A stretch of 64,000 bases of DNA from Nemertoderma westbladi (Eukaryota > Animalia > Xenacoelomorpha). Position 1 is the first letter of the stretch. Every line of letters starts with the position of its first letter. The translations under genes and the position numbers were made by a program. Positions 23,392 through 33,701 of the stretch are shown piece by piece. Location: positions 1 through 64,000 of the forward strand of contig JAUCBJ010007408.1 in NCBI GenBank assembly GCA_032718475.1. The letters run 5' to 3'. The notes under the pieces are model-generated. The model was not told the DNA's origin, ran no database searches, and worked only from the letters and a program-made list of their open reading frames with translations.

Positions 23392-23397
23392 GTAATA

Positions 23398-23553
23398 ATG
23401 GTTAAAACGGGAGTAACATTTAGAAAATTATATTTAGTATCGAGTAAACCGTTAGCTACTGATTTAAAACCACAAGATATACCTAGAGTAAATACTACAA
23501 AAAGAAAACCCTTTAAAACATCAACTTCGAAGAAAATAATTAAAAAATTTTAG
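23398..23553 (+). CDS. 51-aa lysine-rich ORF (below the ORF-track cutoff)
   Basis: AATAATG start; MVKTGVTFRKLYLVSSKP...KKIIKKF*; fills the gap between two genes. Confidence 0.4.
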   Translation: MVKTGVTFRKLYLVSSKPLATDLKPQDIPRVNTTKRKPFKTSTSKKIIKKF

Positions 23554-23619
23554 TTGTTCTTACGGTGATGCCCTTTATAAGAGATTTGAATATACATATT
23601 ACTTGCGGTTATCGAAAAG

Positions 23620-24711
23620 ATGCCTCGCAAGATGAAACCGATTTTAAGCCGAAGCTTAGACAAAAAACTGTTAAGAATTTATTTAGATCCTTCATCCCCT
23701 GCGGGATTTGCAAGTGTTGCAAAATTAGCAAAAGCTGCAAACATCAAACCGGCGCAAGCCCAGAAATGGTTGAGCGGACAAAAGACATACACCCTTCACG
23801 CTCCACGTAGACAACATTATCCAACATCTAAAATATTTACGGGAGGCATAAAAGATATATATATGATAGATCTGGTGGATATGCAGCAATATAAATCGCA
23901 AAATAATAATTATAACTATATATTAACGTGCATTGATGCCTTCAGTCGGCTTGCTTTTGCCTATGGTATGAAAACAAAAAAGGGTATTGAAATTATTAGT
24001 ATATTGCAAAAAATATTCCAGAAAGGAAAACCAAACAGAATCGCCACGGATCAAGGTTCTGAGTTTCTAAATAAATCTGTAAGGAAATATTTAGATACGT
24101 TAGGTATACAGTATTACGTAATGTATTCTGTGAATAAGGCGGCTATTGTCGAGAGATTCAACAGAACCTTAAAAACAAAGATGCTCAAAATTTTCAAGCA
24201 AAGGGGAAATAATATTTGGATAAAAATTTTACCTAAGCTTATCTCGGCTTATAATAGGTCGTATCATAGGACAATAAAAATGACGCCTATTGAAGTTAAT
24301 AAATTTAATGAAACTGAATTAATGAATAGATTATATGGGAAATATAGACAGATAAATCACAAGAAAATAAAATTTAAAGTTGGAGATACAGTACGATTAT
24401 CTATCGCTCGTACTGCTTTTGCTAAAGGCTATCGAGAACAATGGACACGTGAATTATTTATTATTCATCGGGTCAGGTTGGATAGAGTACCAGCGGTAAT
24501 GTTCGATATTAAGGACAGCACCGGAGCTATAATAAAGGGCTCATTTTATTCTCACGAACTCCAAAAGGTTCACCCGAATAGTAATATTTATCTAGCAATT
24601 GACAAAAAAAATATTGGCAAACTTAAAGAACGTGTACGCAATGGGAAGAAAGAATATTTAGTCCGATTCATCGGATCCAAGAAACAGTCCTGGGTACAGC
24701 ATATTCAATAA
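23620..24711 (+). CDS. Polinton retroviral-like (RVE) DDE integrase with C-terminal chromo-like remnant
   Basis: IDLVDM, CIDAFSR, TDQGSEF, AIVERFNRTLK, YN.SYHRTIKMTP, FKVGD.VR, F.KGY...W, GSFY..EL, EYLVRFIG. Confidence 0.94.
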   Translation: MPRKMKPILSRSLDKKLLRIYLDPSSPAGFASVAKLAKAANIKPAQAQKWLSGQKTYTLHAPRRQHYPTSKIFTGGIKDIYMIDLVDMQQYKSQNNNYNYILTCIDAFSRLAFAYGMKTKKGIEIISILQKIFQKGKPNRIATDQGSEFLNKSVRKYLDTLGIQYYVMYSVNKAAIVERFNRTLKTKMLKIFKQRGNNIWIKILPKLISAYNRSYHRTIKMTPIEVNKFNETELMNRLYGKYRQINHKKIKFKVGDTVRLSIARTAFAKGYREQWTRELFIIHRVRLDRVPAVMFDIKDSTGAIIKGSFYSHELQKVHPNSNIYLAIDKKNIGKLKERVRNGKKEYLVRFIGSKKQSWVQHIQ

Positions 24712-24798
24712 GCTTAGGTTTATACTGTATATTAATTCATTTTGGTCGCATATGACCGTAATTAATCAATAATATTAACTCGAATGATATTACTATAT

Positions 24799-25020
24799 CT
24801 ATAGTTCATCCGCTTTAAATAAAGCCAGTAAAATATGATACATAATAAATATTGTCATCAATGTAAAACGATTAATCATAAATATAAAAGAAGTAGATCG
24901 TACCAACAACGTCATAATGTAACCAACTGCAATAGCATAAACTCCATCTCCACAAATAAGCCAGTAAAATATTGATCCCACGCATATACTGTAGAAGATG
25001 CTGGCAATGAACGTGGTCAC
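24799..25020 (-). CDS. Possible small membrane protein
   Basis: 73-aa, strongly hydrophobic ORF antisense to the structural block; GTG start. Confidence 0.3.
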   Translation of the reverse strand: MTTFIASIFYSICVGSIFYWLICGDGVYAIAVGYIMTLLVRSTSFIFMINRFTLMTIFIMYHILLALFKADEL

Positions 25021-25096
25021 AGATGTCTATAATTTAACATTATACTGTATGTACAAAGGAGTCAAGTAGAGAGAGCGAGCTTAAATAATAATAATA

Positions 25097-25969
25097 ATGG
25101 CCACAGATACATATATCACTCTACTTTCAGATAGCTCATTGAACACTTATCCCAATAATAATCCTAGTGAGTTTACTGTTGATTTAGCCGAAGAATTATA
25201 TATTGGTCCAAATGCCAAAATTGGGCTTGCCGAACTTCAATATCATGCAACATACAGTAATATTACGCTGCAAACTCAAATCTCACTGTCAATCGGGGTA
25301 GATGCAAAAGATGCCAAATTATATAGTTTATTTCCTGGTATGCATAACTCTATTCAAGTGATTATTGATGATATAAATAAACTGTTTAATTCTGAAGCGA
25401 AATATAGAGATTTCGAATTCATTTTTAATACAAATAATTCTAGAATTAAATTTAAATTTCCTAAAAAGTTGAAAAAAATACAATTAAGTCTACGTGGTGA
25501 TTTAATACAAATTCTAGGCTTAAAACCGTTATTGGATCGGAATCATCCGGATATTCCGAATTGGGATATATACAGTACCACTACAGTAGATGAATTAAGC
25601 AATATAGAACAGCCGATATTAATTTTAAATTATAGCGGGCCAAAAATTTCGGAAATTGGCATTTTAGATTTTCCAGCTCCCACGAATATAACTCGTAATA
25701 AAGACACTATCTTTATATACACAGATATTATTAAGAGCTCATTTGTTGGCGACGCTTTAGCTCCGCTCTTAAGAACCTGCCCTTTAACGCAATTAAATCG
25801 AAAATATATTAATCACGAATACGAGAGCATTTGCTATTTCCCATTGTTGAATAAAAAACTAAAAACAATCTTAATTACTTTACGTGACGGCCAAGGCCAA
25901 TTAATTAACTTCAGCGGAGGTCGCACTGTTATAACACTTAAGTTAATACGGGGTGGCGGTGATGGATGA
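25097..25969 (+). CDS. Minor capsid protein (penton-like), copy 1
   Basis: YITLLSDSS...YPNN.PSEF.V.L; IGLAEL; IFIYTDII....VGD..APLLR; YFPL....I.I.LRDGQGQLINF..G...ITL: the Polinton mCP pattern. Confidence 0.8.
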   Translation: MATDTYITLLSDSSLNTYPNNNPSEFTVDLAEELYIGPNAKIGLAELQYHATYSNITLQTQISLSIGVDAKDAKLYSLFPGMHNSIQVIIDDINKLFNSEAKYRDFEFIFNTNNSRIKFKFPKKLKKIQLSLRGDLIQILGLKPLLDRNHPDIPNWDIYSTTTVDELSNIEQPILILNYSGPKISEIGILDFPAPTNITRNKDTIFIYTDIIKSSFVGDALAPLLRTCPLTQLNRKYINHEYESICYFPLLNKKLKTILITLRDGQGQLINFSGGRTVITLKLIRGGGDG

Positions 25970-26807
25970 GTTCTACGTTAGACTACCGAGTAATTCCTGT
26001 CCAATTGATTTTCCCCGCAATAGCGCTAGTAATTATCAGATAAATTTCCACGGCGCCTTACCTATAAATCCAAACGAAAACTGGGTGGTAGGTATAAAAA
26101 GTATATTTTACTTAGCAACGTTGCCGTCCATGTATAACAATGTAGAGAATGTTATTTTATTAGAAAAAGGGAAAAAAATTTTTGAGGATACACTTCCATC
26201 TGGTTTATTCTACAGTATCAATGACATTATAGATTATTTTAACACAGGAGCGTTGAAGGATAAATTACAAATAGTTGAAAATACTCAGCAAAATAGATTG
26301 CAATTTATTTTAGGGAAAACTGTGCGAGAGTTATTTATAGGCCAACAATTAGCCTATTATTTTGGAATTACTGAAAATAATCTCGGCGCGAATTTAAATC
26401 CAAATTTTAAAATTATTTTGAAGACAAAAAATAATATAAAGGGTTATTTAATAAAGGTTATCGGAAATGGAGAAAAGGCTTACCAGATGGTATTTTTATG
26501 CCCTCAACCACCCAACTCTATTCCAGAACCTAAGTCGAACATGTACGTGGCTACTAATATAATTGAAAATCAATATATTAACGATTTTGGTTTAGCTTTA
26601 CTTCGTCGTGTTGCGATACCTGATGATGTGAAATATGGTAGCGTAATAAATAAAGAATTTGTCAAGGATACAATTCATTATATCCCTGTAAAAAAATCAT
26701 ATAAGATAACATACATTCATATTGAAATAACAGACAAAGAAGGAAAAGATTTGAATTTTGAATACGGCACAACTTCTATTACATTACACTTTAAACGTAT
26801 AAATTAA
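25962..26807 (+). CDS. Minor capsid protein (penton-like), copy 2
   Basis: Same pattern: FYVRLPSNS...FPRNSASNY; WVVGIKSI; MYVATNIIENQ....LLR; YIPV...IHIEITDKEGK..NF..GTTSITLHFKR. Confidence 0.8.
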   Translation: MDEFYVRLPSNSCPIDFPRNSASNYQINFHGALPINPNENWVVGIKSIFYLATLPSMYNNVENVILLEKGKKIFEDTLPSGLFYSINDIIDYFNTGALKDKLQIVENTQQNRLQFILGKTVRELFIGQQLAYYFGITENNLGANLNPNFKIILKTKNNIKGYLIKVIGNGEKAYQMVFLCPQPPNSIPEPKSNMYVATNIIENQYINDFGLALLRRVAIPDDVKYGSVINKEFVKDTIHYIPVKKSYKITYIHIEITDKEGKDLNFEYGTTSITLHFKRIN

Positions 26808-26808
26808 A

Positions 26809-27369
26809 ATGGATTCTGATTTATTTCAAAGATACAGTAAACCTCAATATGGGGGTTCAGACTCTAATCTTGCTGTTTTTAAAGGCAGAAGAAGTACCAG
26901 AGGCTCGACGCAAGTTCCTGTTTTTCGTGGTGGTTCATATATTGACCCTTACGGTCAACAAATTGGCACATTTGGTCCAAACTTAAAACAGCGTCGTTTT
27001 CAGCGTTATCGTAGAGGTATGCGGGCAAATCAACACGGAGAAGGTATATTTACAGACGCCTTATTGACATTGAAAAAATTTGGTAAGCCATTAGCTAAAA
27101 AAGTTTTACAGAAAGCTTTACCATTTACCACAAAATTTATGAGACAACACGTAATACCAAAAGGTAAGCGGGTCTTACATCAGCAGGCTAATACGGTTAT
27201 TAATAAAGCATTAAATAAAATGAAACCGTCAACAAGGTCGGTTGTAGAAAAAGTTTATAGAGATTTAAAGCGACCCGCTAGACCAATGTCTATGAACATA
27301 CATCATCGACGTAGTAAAAAGAGAAATATAAAAGGCAACCTGAAACACTGCGAAAAAAGTATTTTTTAA
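26809..27369 (+). CDS. Basic core/DNA-condensing protein
   Basis: Arg/Lys-rich; QYGG, VF.G and QHGEGIF motifs typical of the Maverick gene upstream of the MCP. Confidence 0.7.
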   Translation: MDSDLFQRYSKPQYGGSDSNLAVFKGRRSTRGSTQVPVFRGGSYIDPYGQQIGTFGPNLKQRRFQRYRRGMRANQHGEGIFTDALLTLKKFGKPLAKKVLQKALPFTTKFMRQHVIPKGKRVLHQQANTVINKALNKMKPSTRSVVEKVYRDLKRPARPMSMNIHHRRSKKRNIKGNLKHCEKSIF

Positions 27370-27371
27370 TA

Positions 27372-28631
27372 ATATCAATTATTAAGGAATTAGATTTATT
27401 TTCTACACAGCCAATACAGACTGAATTTAAAGCAAAGCATTATGAAACAATTTACCCCGTATCTAATCTCAGAAGTGAATCTAGGGAGGTCACCTTCCTT
27501 GTACCCAGATCCAATGAATTCTATACGAAACTGCAAGACGCGTTATTAATTACAAAATGTACAGTACGTTGGGATAGACGACTTGAAAACTCCCATATTT
27601 ATATGCTGAATTACCCAGCTGAAACTATGTGGAGTGATATTAAAATAGACCTTAATGAGAAGCAGGTTGAAAATAGCAATAACCATTATTTCTACAAGTC
27701 GTACTTATCCAATTTATTATTTACAACTTACGAGGATAAAAATGGGCTACTGGGTGCGGGTAGTTTTCATCAACCTTTATCTGAACACGGAAATGAAATT
27801 GATCCCGGCGCGCATCCTATTGCCGATGCCTTTAGTAAACAAATGCAATTTGTAAGTGGATTGACGATTGATTTTGATACTGAAACTAAAATAATACAAC
27901 CTGGGTATGATTTAAGAATGCATTTTAGAAAAGTATCAAATTCGTTTATTTTTAAAATCACTCCAAACGCAAACGCCGTGACAAATCTTCGACTAGAATT
28001 AGATGAAATAAAAATTATAATCCCTAGAATGGAGGTTAATCCAGTAATAGAAAGCAGTCACCTAAAAGGTTTAGAGAGCTACGATATTGAATATCAATTT
28101 CAAAAAAAGGAGGTGACAACATTTACTATTCCCGCTCAAACCACAAATTACACTCAAACAAACATATTTGATGGTAAAAAACCCAAATTAGTTATTATTG
28201 GCTTCATAACAAATAACGCTTATTCGGGAGAATTAATTAGCAATCCCTTGAAATTTGAACATTTTAACCTTAGACGCGCGGAACTGATTGTAGACGGTCT
28301 TCCAGTAGGGGGTGTAATATACGAACCTAATTTTACAGATGGAACATATATTTTTGAGTATACTCAATTAATGAAGAACATTAATACATATATTAACGGT
28401 TATGGGGGTAATAATATAGACCATGAAACCTACTTAGGTAATTGTCCCATCCTATCCTGGGACCTAACCGCCGACGGCTACGTTAGAGATCCGCAACCGT
28501 CGATATATACTAACGGTCAATTAAAATTAAGATTTGCCGAACCGTTGGTTGAAACCATAAATGTAATCGTTTTTAATATTTATGATCAATCATTAAGTTT
28601 AAATAGCAGGAAAGAAATACATATCGATTAA
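27372..28631 (+). CDS. Major capsid protein (double jelly-roll, PY)
   Basis: The frame is open upstream of the tracked ATG (27603) and contains the N-terminal ELDLF motif at 27387. Also NIFDGKKPKLVIIGF, G....NPLKFEHFNL, DLT.D and L.LRFAEPL. Start inferred at ATA 27372. Confidence 0.88.
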   Translation: MSIIKELDLFSTQPIQTEFKAKHYETIYPVSNLRSESREVTFLVPRSNEFYTKLQDALLITKCTVRWDRRLENSHIYMLNYPAETMWSDIKIDLNEKQVENSNNHYFYKSYLSNLLFTTYEDKNGLLGAGSFHQPLSEHGNEIDPGAHPIADAFSKQMQFVSGLTIDFDTETKIIQPGYDLRMHFRKVSNSFIFKITPNANAVTNLRLELDEIKIIIPRMEVNPVIESSHLKGLESYDIEYQFQKKEVTTFTIPAQTTNYTQTNIFDGKKPKLVIIGFITNNAYSGELISNPLKFEHFNLRRAELIVDGLPVGGVIYEPNFTDGTYIFEYTQLMKNINTYINGYGGNNIDHETYLGNCPILSWDLTADGYVRDPQPSIYTNGQLKLRFAEPLVETINVIVFNIYDQSLSLNSRKEIHID

Positions 28632-28633
28632 GT

Positions 28634-29308
28634 ATGTTATCTACAGAGGACCTTGATAAGTTTCCAGTAAAATGGTTCCAGTTTCCAGAAAAAAAAATTT
28701 CCAGTAATAAAATGGATAATATTATTTTTGTTGATTTTCAATATTATAAGATAGACAATAAAGAGTATCCGGTAGTATTTAAAGAATTTGCAATATACGA
28801 TTCTAATTACACCAAAACTAATGTAAAGACGTTTTTAATTAAAGGCCCGTCTAATATTAAGTTATCAGCTTTAGATGCAGCTCACGTAAACAATTTACGG
28901 GATATGACTTCTCACTTGCCCTGGGACTACGGGGACATTTCTCAAGATGACTTTAAAAAATATATGAAGAGACATTTAAAATATAAAAAAAATATTCATG
29001 TATTTGGGTTGCTGAAACGGGTAATATTAGTTTCCCAACTCGATGTTCTCGAACCAAATTTGGTGGAGAAATTGGGAATATATAAGCAATATCACGATTA
29101 TTTAACACCTTGTCGATTTCACGACCGATTCACTACAATGGAAAGTAAATGCGCGTTCCACTTAAACATAAGGGATAACTGTCTGCGATACTGCTCAGCA
29201 AAATGTGTTGGCGGGTATGAGGCTCTACACTTTTTCATGAGAAAGCGTTTAACTGCGACTGATGATGATAAACAGAAAGAAATAACTGCGGTGGAAGATG
29301 TACTGTAG
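28634..29308 (+). CDS. Putative DEDD-fold nuclease-like protein with Cys/His tail
   Basis: IIFVDFQ...VFKEFAI, HLPWDYGDI, C..H...CA..H...C; resembles a family common in Mavericks. Confidence 0.5.
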   Translation: MLSTEDLDKFPVKWFQFPEKKISSNKMDNIIFVDFQYYKIDNKEYPVVFKEFAIYDSNYTKTNVKTFLIKGPSNIKLSALDAAHVNNLRDMTSHLPWDYGDISQDDFKKYMKRHLKYKKNIHVFGLLKRVILVSQLDVLEPNLVEKLGIYKQYHDYLTPCRFHDRFTTMESKCAFHLNIRDNCLRYCSAKCVGGYEALHFFMRKRLTATDDDKQKEITAVEDVL

Positions 29309-29649
29309 GTTTACTCTAAGCATGTAATGTAATGTGATGGGATAATATAATTGTTTTAATGTCAATAAAAATAATAAAATATAATTTTTTTACAAGTTCT
29401 CTAAAAAAGAGTCAATTGCGCTAGGTTAACCATACACCTTTAACAATATGATGTAGACGTAACATGTACAGTAAGTATTCTCGATATCATTCTAATATAG
29501 ATGTACTGGTATTGCGAAACATCCTTTACGTCGCAAACTAATAACACATACAGTAGTTGACTAGTAATATTAGTCAGAAAATGCAACATAATCTGTATAG
29601 GGTGTAATGATAACCTGTTGGTACCGGTTCTGATAAATTATAGGCCTAT

Positions 29650-32600
29650 CTACAACGGTCATCCACTTTATCAGTACCGGTAGTGTTTTACTCTTCCAAC
29701 ACTGTAGTCGCTGTCTACTGGTATCGGTACAGCAGTAATCTGATGCATGCGGGGGTCTCACATACAGGGATTAGATCACCTATCCAAACAATACAGTACT
29801 GCTGTACTGTCGCTGTTCTTGATGTAACAGCATAATCAGATAGAGCATACTGATTTCCTTTGATTAGCATTGTACCGTACTGCAGTACCCAGCAAATACA
29901 TATCCAGCGATTAGCACGCTAATAGCGGGATGTACCATCCTGCTAATATCCCGCCATTTTTATAAGATAATATCCGGATAATCGCCGTAAAAGTGGTCCC
30001 CGCTATAGCGGTGTTTTTAGCGGGATAATTATCCGGTTTTTAGCGGTTCCTTAGCGGCACTTTAGCGTGGATTTAGCGGCATTTGTAGCTGCCCAGGTTA
30101 AAAAAAATTAGCTTTGTCCAATCACATAGCGTTCCTTGTGCATACTCTGTGGACAGATGAGGGGAGGGGGGGGGGGGGGGTGGGGCTGGAGTGGTTAGCC
30201 TACCATACCTACCCTATGCCTACACCTACACCCTACGGTCCTACACCTACAATACTCTATACAAACTGAGATGTAATCGTTTGAGTATAATAAGAGAATA
30301 TATAATGCATTAAGACTTAGGAGTATCCTATATAACTTTAAGCGATCATCAAAAAATATTAATTCGATTATTAAAATCTATATATTTGATCTTATTTACA
30401 ATCATATTAGATAATTCATAATTATGAATTTATTAAAAATAATAAATTGTAAACTGTTTCTAATCGATTATTCGAAGACAAGAAACCATATATCTATCCA
30501 ATAATTTCAGTTTTCTGCAAATTGAGGTAGTGTCGGGGGGTTGGGGTTGGTGGTTTATGTAAATGCAGTTTAATTTTTGACAGTTTAACATTTTTTTTGT
30601 TCACTGCAAAAATGTACAAATGAAAATTTAAATACAGTACATATTGTCTGTACTACTGTATAACAACTGTAGGTACTGTAACCTGAGATACTGTAGGTAC
30701 TGTATAAATTATTTCCTTAGATAGTTACTAAATTCTTTCCTTTGATTGAGTTTAAACTCTCCCTCCCACCACCACCACCAGGTATATCTACCCCATCATC
30801 ATCTGCACAAACCGGTTCTTAGTGCATTATATTGAATGAGAGTTAATATTAAATATAAATTAATATCGATTGTATCCATCCGTGAATTTGTGTTTTGTTG
30901 TCATTAGATTATTTAAATTGTTGTTTTATCTTATTCTACTGTATTACAGTATGTATCCGGGGCAATATCAAAAGTGTTATAATTGCGAAGTGCTTAATGT
31001 TGTTAGGATGTTGTAAATAATTTTAATTATCAAAAACGTCATTGGGATGGCTTTAATTATGGTAAACTTGTGAAAGTTCATAAAAATTAAAACATCGTGC
31101 CATGATCGTTCATATTTTAGGTACTGTACTGTATTGTTGATATAAATAAATGGACGTAAAACTGAATGAAAAGTGAACGATCATTATTGAATGTGTTGGT
31201 TCATATTTAATTACGTTCAACTAGTGATTAAAATTATTACATTATTTTAAAATTTCAAATTGGCTAATTGGGGTATTTCACTGGTAATGTCGGCATGTTG
31301 TACCTAGGGCCTACTGTAATCCAAACATTGTCTCATAGATTATTACGTCATGGGTTAAAACTGAATAAGTAACCATATGTCAATGTTCAATATCTTTGGC
31401 GAATGTCTTCTGCTTCCTGGAGTATGTTTGTACATATGTTATGGAGGAATACTGTACACATGGCCTCATCCATCCAGAAAAGAGGGGGGGGGGGGTGGAG
31501 TGGTTTCTGACGGCAGCCAAAATTCATATCTAGTCCTATCCATAATAATTTAACAATGAGACGAGATATTAATTCGCCGAGATGGGATTTGTTTTGTGTA
31601 AGTACAACTCACCCCCCCCCCCCCCCCCCCACGTCTCCACCCACCATCCCTTAGTCGCTAGAACACCGCTATTTACTTTTATATTTAGCGACTAAATTGG
31701 TGCTAAAATCCCGCTACTCTCAGCTAGTTTTAGCTTCTCTACTGCTAAATTGACGCTAAAACCCCGCGATCTATTAGGTCGATTTATTCATACGCTAAAG
31801 TGACGCTAAATCAAGGATTTTTTCCAGATATTTAGTGGATATTTTCTCCAGCGAATTGCCGGAAACTATTATCCGGCTATTAGCTGGATATTAAAACGCT
31901 AAAAACCAAGCTAGCGGGGTTTAGCGGGGTTTAGCTGGATATTATCCGGATATTAGCCGGATGTGTCTTTGCTGGGTACCGGTACGACAGTACCTGCAGT
32001 AACAAACTAAACCAATGTATACAATATCGTGAGCTAGTTACAATCAGATGTGTACACAGTCAGCCACGCTGCGGGGATGCGATCAACCTCACAGATAGCC
32101 TAGCAGCTCCTATCCACAACTGTCATCCACTTTATCAGTACAGCAGTAATCTGATGTAATAGCATTTGTTTTTTTTCACCTATAAGGATACTGCTGTCTA
32201 CCCGAACCTTGATTAGCATACTGCTGTCATAACCTAGATTACATCACCTATCCAAACAATACAGTACTGCTGTACTGTCGCTGTTCTTGATGTAACAGCA
32301 TAATCAGATAGAGCATACTGATTTCCTTTGATTAGCATTGTACCGTACTGCAGTACCGGTACGACAGTACCTGCAGTAACAAACTAGGCTAATGTATACA
32401 ATATCGTGAGCTAGTTACAATCAGATGTGTACACAGTCAGCCACGCTGCGTGGATGCGATCAACCTCACAGATAGCCTAGCAGCTCCTATCCACAACTGT
32501 CATCCACTTTATCAGTACAGCAGTAATCTGATGTAATAGCATTTGTTTTTTTTTCACCTATAAGGATACTGCTGTCTACCCGAACCTTGATTAGCATACT

Positions 32601-32885
32601 GCTGTCATAACCTAGATTACATGCAGGGGTCTCACATATAGGGATTAGATCCCCTACCCAAACAATACAGTACTGCAGTACTGTCGCTGTTCTTGATGTA
32701 ACAGCATTGTCAGATAGACCATACTGATTTCCTTTGATTAGCATTGTACTGCAGTACGGTACCGGTACCACAGTAATAATGTAACAGCACCCGTAGTAAC
32801 AAACTAAACCATTGTATACAATATCGTGAGCTGGATATAATCAGATGTGCGCACAGTCAGCCATGTTGCGGGGATGCAGTCAACC
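29650..32885. repeat. Imperfect tandem repeat (~370-400-bp unit, ~3 copies) in the Polinton centre, first copy split by an insertion
   Basis: Blocks such as GTCATCCACTTTATCAGTAC, CAAACAATACAGTACTGC.GTACTGTCGCTGTTCTTGATGTAACAGCAT and AATATCGTGAGCT each recur three times. Confidence 0.85.
29888..31976. mobile_element. Non-autonomous DNA transposon (2,089 bp), TA TSD, CCCAGCAAA TIRs (EnSpm/CMC-like termini)
   Basis: TA|CCCAGCAAA...TTTGCTGGG|TA, with subterminal TAGCG/CGCTA repeats. The uninterrupted site CTGCAGTACCGGTACGACAG is present in the next repeat unit (~32348-32367). Confidence 0.85.
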
Positions 32886-33182
32886 ATGCAGTCAGAGCAG
32901 CATCGCTGCCACCCTCGCGAGCAGCCTCGCGGCACGCAGTCAGCCTGAGACCCTCGCAGCTAGTCACGCAGTCAGCCTCGTGGTCGGTCATGCAGTCAGC
33001 CAGCCAGCCACGCAGCTTGGCACGCAGTCAGCCCGTGAGAGTCATACTTATTCAAACGAGGTTAGTTTTCCCTAACTACCGATAGATTGATTGAAAAATA
33101 ATAATAATGTTTAATTTTCATCTTCTAATCACCAACACCTAAAGTCGCAACACCAAACATTAATAAATAATTAACAAGTTTA

Positions 33183-33701
33183 CTAAATCATAGGGTAATA
33201 AATATGAAATTTGCTAGGTGAACACATTAAAGTACATTTACCGGTATGAAAGCAGCAAATGACTACGGTATTATTTATTCTTATTTTGCAATTATTAAAA
33301 ATTTCAGGTTCATATATAACTTGAAGTTGCACATTATCAAAGACAACATAAAACCCGGTATTGTTTATCAATAACCTATAGACTACAGACTTAATACTAC
33401 AAATATAAGTACATAAATTAACAGATTTTAAAATCAAATTAATACTAGTTTTATCAAATATATGCTTTTTTACTTTTTGGAAATTATACTTACTGCCTAA
33501 TAATGTAATACGACCATTTTTAAATATTAATAATGTGGCACCAAATATCTTATATATAAACTGATTTGGTTTGAGTATGTGTTTACCAGATAATTGATTT
33601 TTTAATTCTTTAAAATTAATCGCTAACACTTGCTGGCAACTTATATTTTTATTTACTATTTGATAATTCATCATCAATACCATCGTCTTTTGGTTCTTCA
33701 T
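33183..33701 (-). CDS. TATA-binding-protein (TBP)-fold protein
   Basis: Two TBP half-repeats: INFKEL...TLLIFKNGRITLLGSK and YEPEIF...ICCFHTGKCTLM (cf. TBP LIF.SGK...TG and YEPELF). Overlaps the pPolB stop. Confidence 0.7.
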   Translation of the reverse strand: MKNQKTMVLMMNYQIVNKNISCQQVLAINFKELKNQLSGKHILKPNQFIYKIFGATLLIFKNGRITLLGSKYNFQKVKKHIFDKTSINLILKSVNLCTYICSIKSVVYRLLINNTGFYVVFDNVQLQVIYEPEIFNNCKIRINNTVVICCFHTGKCTLMCSPSKFHIYYPMI

